64,000 nucleotides of DNA from Acutalibacteraceae bacterium (lineage in GTDB: Bacteria > Bacillota > Clostridia > Oscillospirales > Acutalibacteraceae): the NCBI GenBank assembly GCA_045538935.1, contig JAZQEI010000004.1:4479-68478 (forward strand). Direction: 5' to 3'. Position 1 is the first letter of the stretch. Each line of letters opens with the position of its first letter. Of the stretch, positions 35,805-43,972 are shown in pieces. The notes beneath the pieces are model-generated. The model worked only from the letters and a program-made list of their open reading frames with translations. It was not told where the DNA came from and made no database searches. The position numbers and the translations under genes were made by a program.

Positions 35805-37157
35805 TTATTCTTCGGTTTGTTCTTCGGCAACCTCTATTTTTTCAGAACGCACTCTTTCTATTCTGCGTTCTTCAACCTCTTCAACAATAAAACGGTAGCC
35901 TTCGTACTCAACGCTTACATATTCGTCTTCAGAAGGGATTTTGCCTATTTGCTGCATTATAAATCCGCCTATGGTGTCGTAATCGCCCTCGGGGAATTTA
36001 ATGCCTAAGGTCTCTTCAATTTCTTCAATATCGGCAATACCGTCGAACGAACAGGTAGTATCGTCTAACTCTAAAATTTCTTCTTCTTCGTTATCGTACT
36101 CGTCTTGCATGTTACCAACTATGCTCTCTAGCAAGTCTTCCATAGTAACCAGACCTGCAATGCCGCCGTATTCGTCGCAAACGAAAACCATTTGTAAGTG
36201 CTTTTCGCTCATTTCGTTAAACAGCTCGCCGCACTTTTTAGATTCGGGAACAAACTCAGCTTCACGCATTAATGTAGAAAGCTTGGCAGTTTTTGGTATT
36301 GTTTTACCAACATAACCTAGCAAGTCTTTTACGTAAAGTATGCCTTTTATGTTGTCTAACTCTTCGTCATAAACCGGTATTCTCGAATAACCGTATTCAA
36401 TAGCCAGTTTTATTACGGTGTCTATGTTTTCGTGTATTTCTACTGCTTCAATGTCGGTGCGGTGGGTCATAACGTCAGAAGCGGTTATATCGTCAAACTC
36501 GAAAATGTTGTTTATCATTTCCTTTTGACTTTCTTCTATAACGCCTTTTTCTTCACCTGCATCTACCATCATTAAAATTTCTTCTTCGGTTACAACCTCT
36601 TCGTTAGCGTTGGGATCTAAGCCGAACATTCTAACAACAAGGTTTGTTGTAACGCTTAAAATTTTAATGAAGGGTTTCATAATAGACCGTATAAATAGCA
36701 ACGTATCTACAACAGCAAAGGCAATTTTTTCGCTCTTTTGCATGCCTATACGTTTGGGGGCTAATTCGCCCAAAACAAGCGAGAAGAACGAGATGATGAT
36801 TGTAACTAGTACAGTTGACAGGCCTTTCACAAAACCGATCGGTAAATTTATGCTAACAGTTTTAATTATAAAATCAGCAAGTGGACCTGAAAAGTTTTCG
36901 GCAGCAGAGGCCGATGTTAAAAAGCCTGCTAACGTAACACCGATTTGTATGGTCGATAAAAACTGAGAAGGAAACTCGGTAAGTTTTAAAACCTTAGTAG
37001 CTTTTTTGTCGCCATCTTCGGCATCGCGTCTTAGCTTTGTGTCGTTGAGCGAGATGATTGCAATCTCACTCATAGCAAAAAATGCGTTTACTAAAATAAG
37101 TACTAATAGTAGCCCAAGTTTAAAAACTATGTTCGCGGGCCCGGGGTCGTCTAACAT
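35805..37157 (-). CDS. hemolysin-family protein (DUF21/CNNM TM domain, CBS pair, CorC_HlyC domain)
   Basis: N-terminal TM domain with EIAIISL, a central CBS pair (DVMTHRTDI..., IPVYDEELDNIKGILYVKDL), and C-terminal LVTMEDLLESIVG plus a CorC/HlyC-type end. Confidence 0.85.
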   Translation of the reverse strand: MLDDPGPANIVFKLGLLLVLILVNAFFAMSEIAIISLNDTKLRRDAEDGDKKATKVLKLTEFPSQFLSTIQIGVTLAGFLTSASAAENFSGPLADFIIKTVSINLPIGFVKGLSTVLVTIIISFFSLVLGELAPKRIGMQKSEKIAFAVVDTLLFIRSIMKPFIKILSVTTNLVVRMFGLDPNANEEVVTEEEILMMVDAGEEKGVIEESQKEMINNIFEFDDITASDVMTHRTDIEAVEIHENIDTVIKLAIEYGYSRIPVYDEELDNIKGILYVKDLLGYVGKTIPKTAKLSTLMREAEFVPESKKCGELFNEMSEKHLQMVFVCDEYGGIAGLVTMEDLLESIVGNMQDEYDNEEEEILELDDTTCSFDGIADIEEIEETLGIKFPEGDYDTIGGFIMQQIGKIPSEDEYVSVEYEGYRFIVEEVEERRIERVRSEKIEVAEEQTEE

Positions 37158-37322
37158 TTGTTATACACCTATCCTTAAAAAATATTTATTGGTATAATCC
37201 AACATTTTATATAATATATGCAAAATATACATTTGTCAATGGTTTAATAAACTTTAAATTTGTAAAATTAATTGAATTTTGTTAGAACTATCACAAATTG
37301 CTCAAAAAATAAAATTTTCCTA

Positions 37323-37351
37323 TTTACATAAGACTTAAAAAGTGTTATTAT
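37323..37351 (+). promoter_or_regulatory. candidate sigma-A promoter for PFOR
   Basis: TTTACA (37323-37328), 17-nt spacer, then extended -10 TGtTATTAT (37343-37351). Confidence 0.45.
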
Positions 37352-37425
37352 ATCTTATGTATGCAAGTACCTTAGTAAATAATACTAAGCTAAAGATGTA
37401 TAATTTTTAAGGAGGAAATATATCC

Positions 37426-40400
37426 ATGGCAAGAAAAATGAAAACTATGGACGGTAACAACGCTGCGGCCCACGTGTCTTATGCGTTTACAGAAGTTGCC
37501 GGTATTTACCCGATAACTCCGTCCAGCCCTATGGCAGACTATGTAGATCAGTGGTCGGCAAACGGTCTTAAGAACATTTTTGGCACAACCGTAAATGTTG
37601 TTGAGATGCAGTCTGAAGCGGGTGCTTCGGGTACCGTTCACGGTTCACTCGCAGCAGGTGCATTAACCACCACATATACAGCTTCTCAGGGCTTATTACT
37701 TATGATTCCGAATATGTACAAAATAGCAGGTGAATTACTACCTTGCGTTTTCCACGTTTCGGCACGTTGCGTAGCATCGCACGCACTTAACATTTTTGGC
37801 GATCATTCCGACGTTTATGCCTGCCGTCAGACAGGTTTCGCAATGCTCGCAGAAACTAACACACAAGAAGTTATGGATATCGGCGCAGTTGCTCACTTAG
37901 CATCTATTAAGAGCCGTGTTCCGTTTTTAAACTTCTTCGACGGTTTCCGTACATCTCATGAACTTCAAAAAATTGAGGTTTGGGACTTCGAAGACTTAAA
38001 AGAAATGTGCGATATGGACGCAGTTGATGCATTCCGTAAGCGTGCATTAAACCCCGAGCGCCCAGTAATGCGCGGTTCTCACGAGAACGGCGATATCTTC
38101 TTCCAACACAGAGAGGCTTGCAACCAGTATTACGATGCAGTTCCCGCTATTGTTGAAGAATATATGGACAAGGTTAATGCTAAACTTGGCACTAACTATG
38201 GCTTGTTCAACTACTACGGCGCACCCGATGCTGAAAAGATTATAATCGCTATGGGCTCTATCTGCGACGTTGCAGAAGAAGTTATAGATTATATGACAGC
38301 TGCAGGCGAGAAGGTAGGTTTAGTAAAGGTTCGTCTTTATCGTCCTTTCTCTGCTAAGCATTTAGCAGCAGCTATTCCTGAGACCGTTAAGAAGATTGCT
38401 GTTTTAGACAGAACTAAGGAGCCCGGTGCATTAGGCGAGCCCTTATACTTAGACGTTGTTGCAGCACTTAACGCCGAGGGCAGAAACATTAAGGTTATTG
38501 GCGGTCGTTACGGCTTAGGTTCTAAAGATACTCCTCCTTCAAGCATTTTTGCAGTATACGAAGAGCTTGCTAAAGATGCTCCGAAAGCACAGTTCACCAT
38601 CGGTATTAACGATGACGTAACACACCTTTCGTTAGAAGAGAAGCCCGCACCCAACACCGCAGCAGAAGGCACAATTGAATGCAAGTTCTGGGGTCTTGGC
38701 GGCGACGGTACAGTTGGTGCAAATAAGAACTCTATTAAGATCATTGGTGACCACACCGATAAGTTTGTTCAGGCTTACTTCCAGTATGACTCTAAGAAGA
38801 CCGGCGGTATTACTGTATCGCACCTTCGTTTTGGCGACAAGCCCATTAAGAGTCCTTACTACATTAATAAAGCTGACTTCGTTGCTTGCCACAACCCCTC
38901 TTATGTAATTAAGGGTTACAAGATGGTTAACGACGTTAAGCCCGGCGGTGTATTCTTAATTAACTGCCAGTGGACTGCAGAAGAGTTAAATGCTCATATG
39001 CCTGCAGAAGCTAAGCAGTATATTGCTAAGAATAACATTCAGCTTTACACAGTTAACGCTATTGACCTTGCTGCACAAATTGGTATGGGCAAGCGTACAA
39101 ACACAATTTTACAGGCTGCATTCTTTGCACTTGCAAAGGTTATGCCTATTGAACAAGCTGTTCAGTACATGAAGGACGCTGCAACAAGATCTTACCTCAA
39201 AAAAGGTCAAGACGTTGTTGATATGAACCACAAGGCTATTGATGCAGGTGTTAGCGCATTCGTTAAGATTGACGCACCTGCTGACTGGGCAAACGCTACC
39301 GACAATGCTGCTGCTGAGGTTGAAAATGGTCCTGCAAAGCTTGTTAAGATGGTAGACAACATTATGAAGCCCGTTGCTAAGATGGACGGTGACTCTTTAC
39401 CGGTTTCTGTATTCGTTGACCATGCAGACGGTACATTCGAGCAAGGCGCTTCTGCATATGAAAAGCGCGGCGTTGCAGTATTAGTTCCTGAATGGAATCC
39501 TGATACTTGCGCTAAGTGTAACAAGTGCTCGTTTGTATGTCCTCATGCTACAATTCGTCCTTTCGCTATGGATGAAAATGAAGTAGCTAACGCTCCTGCA
39601 AACTTAAAGAAGGCTCCGAAGCCTATTGTTAAAACAGAATACACCTATACTCTTGCAGTATCTCCTATGGACTGTATGGGTTGCGGCGTTTGTATTGGAG
39701 AATGTCCGACTAACTCGCTTAAGATGGTATCTCGCGAGTCTCAGGAAGACCAACAGGCAGTGTTCGATTACTGCGTAGCAAACGTAACCGAAAAGGCAGA
39801 AACTACAGCTGTAATGAACGTAATCTCCAGCCAGTACAAAAAGCCATTACTCGAGTTCTCGGGCTCTTGCGCAGGTTGTGCAGAAACAGCTTATGCTCGC
39901 TTAGTAACTCAGTTATTCGGCGACCGTATGTATATCTCTAACGCAACAGGTTGTTCGTCCATTTGGGGCGGTCCTGCTGCTACATCGCCTTACACAACAA
40001 ATGCTGAAGGCCATGGTCCTGCTTGGGCTAACTCGCTATTCGAAGATAACGCTGAGCATGGTCTTGGTATGTACTTAGGCCAAAAGGCTATAAGAGACAG
40101 ACTTATTGCACAAGTTAAGGAGATGGCAGAGTCTGATAAGGCTTCTGATTCCTTTAAGGCAGCAGCTGAGAAGTATTTAGCAACCGTTAACGACGGTAAC
40201 GCAAATGCTGAGGCTACAAAGGCTCTTATTCCTGAACTTGAAAAGGCAGCAGCTGAGGGTTGTCCTGTAGCTCCCGCTGTTTTAGCTGATAAAGAATACT
40301 TATCTAAGAAGTCTGTTTGGATCTTCGGTGGTGACGGTTGGGCATACGACATCGGCTTCGGCGGTGTTGACCATGTTCTTGCCAGTGGCAACGATGTAAA

Positions 40401-40971
40401 CATTATGGTATTCGATACCGAAGTTTACTCTAACACAGGCGGTCAGGCATCTAAGGCTTCTCAAATTGGTCAGGTTGCTCAGTTCGCAGCAGCTGGTAAG
40501 GCTATTGCTAAGAAGTCTTTAGCAGAAATCGCTATGTCTTACGGTTACATCTATGTAGCACAAATTGCTATGGGTGCTGATATGAACCAGACCTTAAAGG
40601 CTATTGCAGAAGCAGAAGCATATCCGGGTCCGTCGCTCATTATTGGTTACGCACCTTGCGAGATGCACTCTATTAAGGGCGGTATGGTTAACTGTCAGAA
40701 AGAAATGAAGAAGGCCGTTGCTTGCGGTTACTGGAATATGTTCCGCTTTAATCCTGCACTTAAAGAGCAGGGCAAGAACCCCTTCTCGCTCGACAGCAAG
40801 CCTGCATCTGCTGATTATAAGGAGTTCATCCTTGGCGAAGCAAGATATGCATCTTTAACACGTGCATTCCCCGAAAGAGCAGAAGAGCTCTTTGACAAGG
40901 CTGCAGCAAACGCAACCGAGCAGAGAAAGCATCTTGAAAAGCTTGTTGAGCTTTACGGCAAACAAGACTAA
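37426..40971 (+). CDS. nifJ: pyruvate:ferredoxin (flavodoxin) oxidoreductase
   Basis: 1181 aa. N-terminal MDGNNAAAHVSYAFTEVAGIYPITPSSPMA, two 4Fe-4S motifs (CAKCNKCSFVCP and CMGCGVCIGECP), and the TPP site GGDGWAYDIGFGG. Confidence 0.95.
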   Translation: MARKMKTMDGNNAAAHVSYAFTEVAGIYPITPSSPMADYVDQWSANGLKNIFGTTVNVVEMQSEAGASGTVHGSLAAGALTTTYTASQGLLLMIPNMYKIAGELLPCVFHVSARCVASHALNIFGDHSDVYACRQTGFAMLAETNTQEVMDIGAVAHLASIKSRVPFLNFFDGFRTSHELQKIEVWDFEDLKEMCDMDAVDAFRKRALNPERPVMRGSHENGDIFFQHREACNQYYDAVPAIVEEYMDKVNAKLGTNYGLFNYYGAPDAEKIIIAMGSICDVAEEVIDYMTAAGEKVGLVKVRLYRPFSAKHLAAAIPETVKKIAVLDRTKEPGALGEPLYLDVVAALNAEGRNIKVIGGRYGLGSKDTPPSSIFAVYEELAKDAPKAQFTIGINDDVTHLSLEEKPAPNTAAEGTIECKFWGLGGDGTVGANKNSIKIIGDHTDKFVQAYFQYDSKKTGGITVSHLRFGDKPIKSPYYINKADFVACHNPSYVIKGYKMVNDVKPGGVFLINCQWTAEELNAHMPAEAKQYIAKNNIQLYTVNAIDLAAQIGMGKRTNTILQAAFFALAKVMPIEQAVQYMKDAATRSYLKKGQDVVDMNHKAIDAGVSAFVKIDAPADWANATDNAAAEVENGPAKLVKMVDNIMKPVAKMDGDSLPVSVFVDHADGTFEQGASAYEKRGVAVLVPEWNPDTCAKCNKCSFVCPHATIRPFAMDENEVANAPANLKKAPKPIVKTEYTYTLAVSPMDCMGCGVCIGECPTNSLKMVSRESQEDQQAVFDYCVANVTEKAETTAVMNVISSQYKKPLLEFSGSCAGCAETAYARLVTQLFGDRMYISNATGCSSIWGGPAATSPYTTNAEGHGPAWANSLFEDNAEHGLGMYLGQKAIRDRLIAQVKEMAESDKASDSFKAAAEKYLATVNDGNANAEATKALIPELEKAAAEGCPVAPAVLADKEYLSKKSVWIFGGDGWAYDIGFGGVDHVLASGNDVNIMVFDTEVYSNTGGQASKASQIGQVAQFAAAGKAIAKKSLAEIAMSYGYIYVAQIAMGADMNQTLKAIAEAEAYPGPSLIIGYAPCEMHSIKGGMVNCQKEMKKAVACGYWNMFRFNPALKEQGKNPFSLDSKPASADYKEFILGEARYASLTRAFPERAEELFDKAAANATEQRKHLEKLVELYGKQD

Positions 40972-40999
40972 TTTCAAAGTTAGCTAAATAAACAAAATA

Positions 41000-41030
41000 A
41001 AAACGGAGTGTCGAAAGACACTCCGTTTTT
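41000..41030 (+). terminator. rho-independent terminator
   Basis: AAAAACGGAGTGTC gaaa GACACTCCGTTTTT. Confidence 0.85.
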
Positions 41031-41107
41031 GCGTTATAAATCTATAACATAATTACTAAAAATAACCATTGTTAATTAGCGGTGTATATAAAAGTTATTT
41101 AAACTTA

Positions 41108-41136
41108 TTGAAAAAAACAAAAAAGTATACTACAAT
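41108..41136 (+). promoter_or_regulatory. candidate promoter for the orphan gene
   Basis: TTGAAA (41108-41113), 17-nt spacer, TACAAT (41131-41136). Confidence 0.4.
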
Positions 41137-41168
41137 AAATTAAAAAAGAAAAATTATAGAGTTAAACC

Positions 41169-41246
41169 GAGAACACAGGGGACGGTTCTGTGTGTTCCGG
41201 AACTTGGGATATATCGGAGAACACAGAGGACGGTTCTGTGTGTTCT
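41169..41246 (+). repeat. two direct copies of a ~30-bp hairpin-forming repeat (upstream pair)
   Basis: CGAGAACACAGGGGACGGTTCTGTGTGTTC (41169-41198) and GGAGAACACAGAGGACGGTTCTGTGTGTTC (41217-41246). Each can fold via GAACACA / TGTGTTC. Confidence 0.8.
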
Positions 41247-41281
41247 GCCAGCATATTAATAAAAATCAATGAGGAGTGACC

Positions 41282-41992
41282 ATGATGAATTCAAAAATTG
41301 AGAAATTACTTTTTGGAGTACTTTGGTATATTAATTTAATAGGCCTTAGATTATTAATACCGATACAAAAGATTGATTATAAAATTACAGCGCAGTTTCT
41401 TATAATAAGTTTTGCGCTTACATCGCTTATGTTTTTTATATATTCAAAGATACGAAACAATAAAATCATGAAAACAGTAACGATATATAATAAAAACAAT
41501 GAGTTTGATGTATGTCTTTCTTACTTAGATAAAAAAATTACAAAATACAAAAAATTGGATTGGCTACAATATGAAAGAATTTTAGTAATGGCTATGAAAG
41601 GTGATGTTTTAGGATTCAAGGCGGCTACAGAACAATTAAAAATAAGACCTCACAAAGCCGACGGCCGTTTAGAAATTATACAGAAATTTGATTTTTTGTA
41701 TCAGATATTATTTGATAATTCAACCGAACAAATTACCTATAACAAAACAAATTTAGTTATAGATAATTTGATAAATTTACTTATCAATAAAAACGATATG
41801 GAATCGGATGAGGTTATTTCTGCGGCATTATTGATTTATAGTTCCGAACAATTGCTTTACAAAAGTATTGCGGCGACAATTTTATCTAAAGAGTATTTAG
41901 AGAAAGATATCAATACATCTAATTTGTATTTAAGTAAAGCTAAAGAGTTGGCACCATCTCAAGATATAATTCATTGGGTTAATAACCAGTAA
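41282..41992 (+). CDS. hypothetical membrane protein (2 N-terminal TM helices plus a helical domain), A+T-rich orphan
   Basis: ATG 41282 lies 5 nt after GAGGAG. I recognise no family. The composition is visibly more A+T-rich than the flanking PFOR and GH13 genes. Confidence 0.6.
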   Translation: MMNSKIEKLLFGVLWYINLIGLRLLIPIQKIDYKITAQFLIISFALTSLMFFIYSKIRNNKIMKTVTIYNKNNEFDVCLSYLDKKITKYKKLDWLQYERILVMAMKGDVLGFKAATEQLKIRPHKADGRLEIIQKFDFLYQILFDNSTEQITYNKTNLVIDNLINLLINKNDMESDEVISAALLIYSSEQLLYKSIAATILSKEYLEKDINTSNLYLSKAKELAPSQDIIHWVNNQ

Positions 41993-42008
41993 CTGTAACA
42001 TAAGACAG

Positions 42009-42062
42009 TAAGGCAGGGGACGGTTCTCTGTCTCATAAGGCAGGGGACGGTTCTGTGTGTTC
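42009..42062 (+). repeat. tandem 27-bp copies of the same repeat core (downstream pair)
   Basis: TAAGGCAGGGGACGGTTCTCTGTCTCA (42009-42035) and TAAGGCAGGGGACGGTTCTGTGTGTTC (42036-42062). These share the core CAGGGGACGGTTCTGTGTGTTC with the upstream pair. Confidence 0.8.
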
Positions 42063-42072
42063 TGAACAAAAC

Positions 42073-42106
42073 AAAAAGCTTATCGGCTAACACCGATAAG
42101 CTTTTT
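42073..42106. terminator. bidirectional terminator
   Basis: AAAAAGCTTATCGG ctaaca CCGATAAGCTTTTT. It lies between the orphan gene and the convergent GH13 gene. Confidence 0.85.
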
Positions 42107-43960
42107 TTATTTTTGCGATAGTACCGTTATTCCCATACTGTCTACTAAAACCTTATTATCGTTTGGCTCATTGCCCATAAGGGTGGTAGGGATGGTGAAT
42201 GAATTTGGTAAGGGAAGCGTTACCGCAAAATCGTTGCGGTTTACGGCAATAAATACTGTGTTGGTTTCGTTTTGCCTTATAAAGTTTACAACACCAAAGT
42301 CACTTGGTAGCGGTATAAATTTACCACCGTTAAAGGCAGAGTTAGAAGTTCTTATTTTACCGAGTTCTTTATAAAACTCTAAAAGCTCGGTGTTTTCATT
42401 GCCCCAAGGGTAAGTAGCGCGGCAGAACGGGTCGGCGCCGCCAGTAACGCCGGCTTCATCACCGTAAAATAGTGACGGCACACCGGGTATGGTGTACTGT
42501 AAAGTGGCGGCAAGCTTAAGGCGTTTTACACCTAAAGCGTATTGCTCGGCGGTTAAATTAAAGTCGGCTTGCTCGGCTCTTGCTTTGGGGATATAATCTG
42601 CACCAAGCACGGTTAAAATACGCGCGGTATCGTGGGTGCCTATGTGATTCATAAGCATATTTACGCTATGCGGTGGGTAATTTTCTAAAATATCGAGTAC
42701 CAAATCTATAAAATCGCGCGAGTTACCGCCCTTAACAAAGTTTATTATGCCGTTTGCAAAGGGGTAATTCATAACAGAATCTAACTGTTTGCCGAGTAAA
42801 AATCTGCGGCGGTATGAATAACTTATTTTGTTTGTGGCGTCCTCCCAAACCTCACCAAGCAAATATGCGTTGGGTTTTTCGGTTTTTATGGCGGTTTTAA
42901 TTTTATCTAAAAATTCATCGGGTAGTTCATCGGCAACGTCAAGCCGCCAACCGTCTGCGCCAAGGCGAAGCCACTTTTTTAAAATGCCGTTTTCACCGGT
43001 TATATATTCGGTGAATTTTTCATCGTTTTCTATAACCTCGGGCAAAGTGGGTACACCCCACCAACTGTGGTAGTCGTTTGGCCAGTTGTTAAATTTATAC
43101 CAACTGTAAAACTCAGAGTCTTTAGAGTTATATGCGCCGTTTCCACTATAGCGCGAATATTTGTTAAAGTAAATACTGTCATCACCCGTATGCGAGAAAA
43201 CGCCGTCTAAAACAATATGCATACCACGTTTTTTAGCGGCTTTACATAAATTAACAAAATCTTGCTCTGTACCGAGTAAAGAATCTATTTTTGTATAGTC
43301 GGCGGTGTTGTAGCGGTGGTTAGAGTGAGCCTCGAATATTGGGTTTAGGTAAATGCAGTTTACACCCAAACTTTTTATATAATCGAGTTTTTGCTCTATA
43401 CCTTTTAAATCGCCACCGTAGTAGTCGTTACAAAGCGAACATACCCCATTATTTTGGCGGTGTTCGGGGATTTTTGACCAGTCCTCACACAAATATCGGT
43501 CGGTTGGTACACCCTTTTTCTCACTACCTGAGTTAAAAAAGCGGTCGGGGAAAATTTGGTATATTATGCCGCCACCTAGCCACTCTGGCTGGTCAGCAGT
43601 TTCTTCATATACAGTTATTTGCCATGCGCCGCCATCAGAAGATACATAACCTAAAGAATGGTCAAATTTTGTTACAAAAAACTCACCGTGCTGTGAAGTA
43701 TACCTAAATTTATACCAATAAAGCCCTACATCAAGAGAAATTTCGCAAGAATAAAACCTATAATCCTCCAGCCATTCACCCGGCTCTAATTTAATTTCTT
43801 TTACAGAATGGTCAATATCTGACTCTAAAATTAAAAACGCATCAAAGCATAAAGCATCTTTATGCAACAATAGCCGTAGCCGCAGATTTTCACCTGCAGC
43901 GACGGCTGTTTGTTTTGATTTATATAAAGAATTTTTAGAATCAAACGGGAAGTATTGCAT
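42107..43960 (-). CDS. GH13-family alpha-glucosidase/amylase (neopullulanase/cyclomaltodextrinase-like), intracellular
   Basis: Conserved GH13 regions: IYLNPIF..HRY, GWRLDVADE, LLGEVW and NHIGTHD. There is an N-terminal accessory domain and no signal peptide. Confidence 0.85.
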   Translation of the reverse strand: MQYFPFDSKNSLYKSKQTAVAAGENLRLRLLLHKDALCFDAFLILESDIDHSVKEIKLEPGEWLEDYRFYSCEISLDVGLYWYKFRYTSQHGEFFVTKFDHSLGYVSSDGGAWQITVYEETADQPEWLGGGIIYQIFPDRFFNSGSEKKGVPTDRYLCEDWSKIPEHRQNNGVCSLCNDYYGGDLKGIEQKLDYIKSLGVNCIYLNPIFEAHSNHRYNTADYTKIDSLLGTEQDFVNLCKAAKKRGMHIVLDGVFSHTGDDSIYFNKYSRYSGNGAYNSKDSEFYSWYKFNNWPNDYHSWWGVPTLPEVIENDEKFTEYITGENGILKKWLRLGADGWRLDVADELPDEFLDKIKTAIKTEKPNAYLLGEVWEDATNKISYSYRRRFLLGKQLDSVMNYPFANGIINFVKGGNSRDFIDLVLDILENYPPHSVNMLMNHIGTHDTARILTVLGADYIPKARAEQADFNLTAEQYALGVKRLKLAATLQYTIPGVPSLFYGDEAGVTGGADPFCRATYPWGNENTELLEFYKELGKIRTSNSAFNGGKFIPLPSDFGVVNFIRQNETNTVFIAVNRNDFAVTLPLPNSFTIPTTLMGNEPNDNKVLVDSMGITVLSQK

Positions 43961-43972
43961 ATACTGTCAACC

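Noticed and set aside
37279-37296. A Rex-like operator (TTGTTAGAACTATCACAA) upstream of the PFOR gene.
   Set aside because: It has three mismatches to the TTGTTAA-N4-TTAACAA consensus as I recall it. It lies about 30 nt upstream of the predicted -35 rather than over the promoter, and the region is A+T-rich. That is too weak to call without a position-weight-matrix scan and comparative data.
41169-41246. The two ~30-bp direct repeats upstream of the orphan gene could be a mini CRISPR array.
   Set aside because: There are only two units, separated by an 18-bp spacer, which is far too short. The same core recurs downstream of the gene as a back-to-back tandem with no spacer. No cas genes or leader are present. 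It fits a REP- or hairpin-type repeat better.
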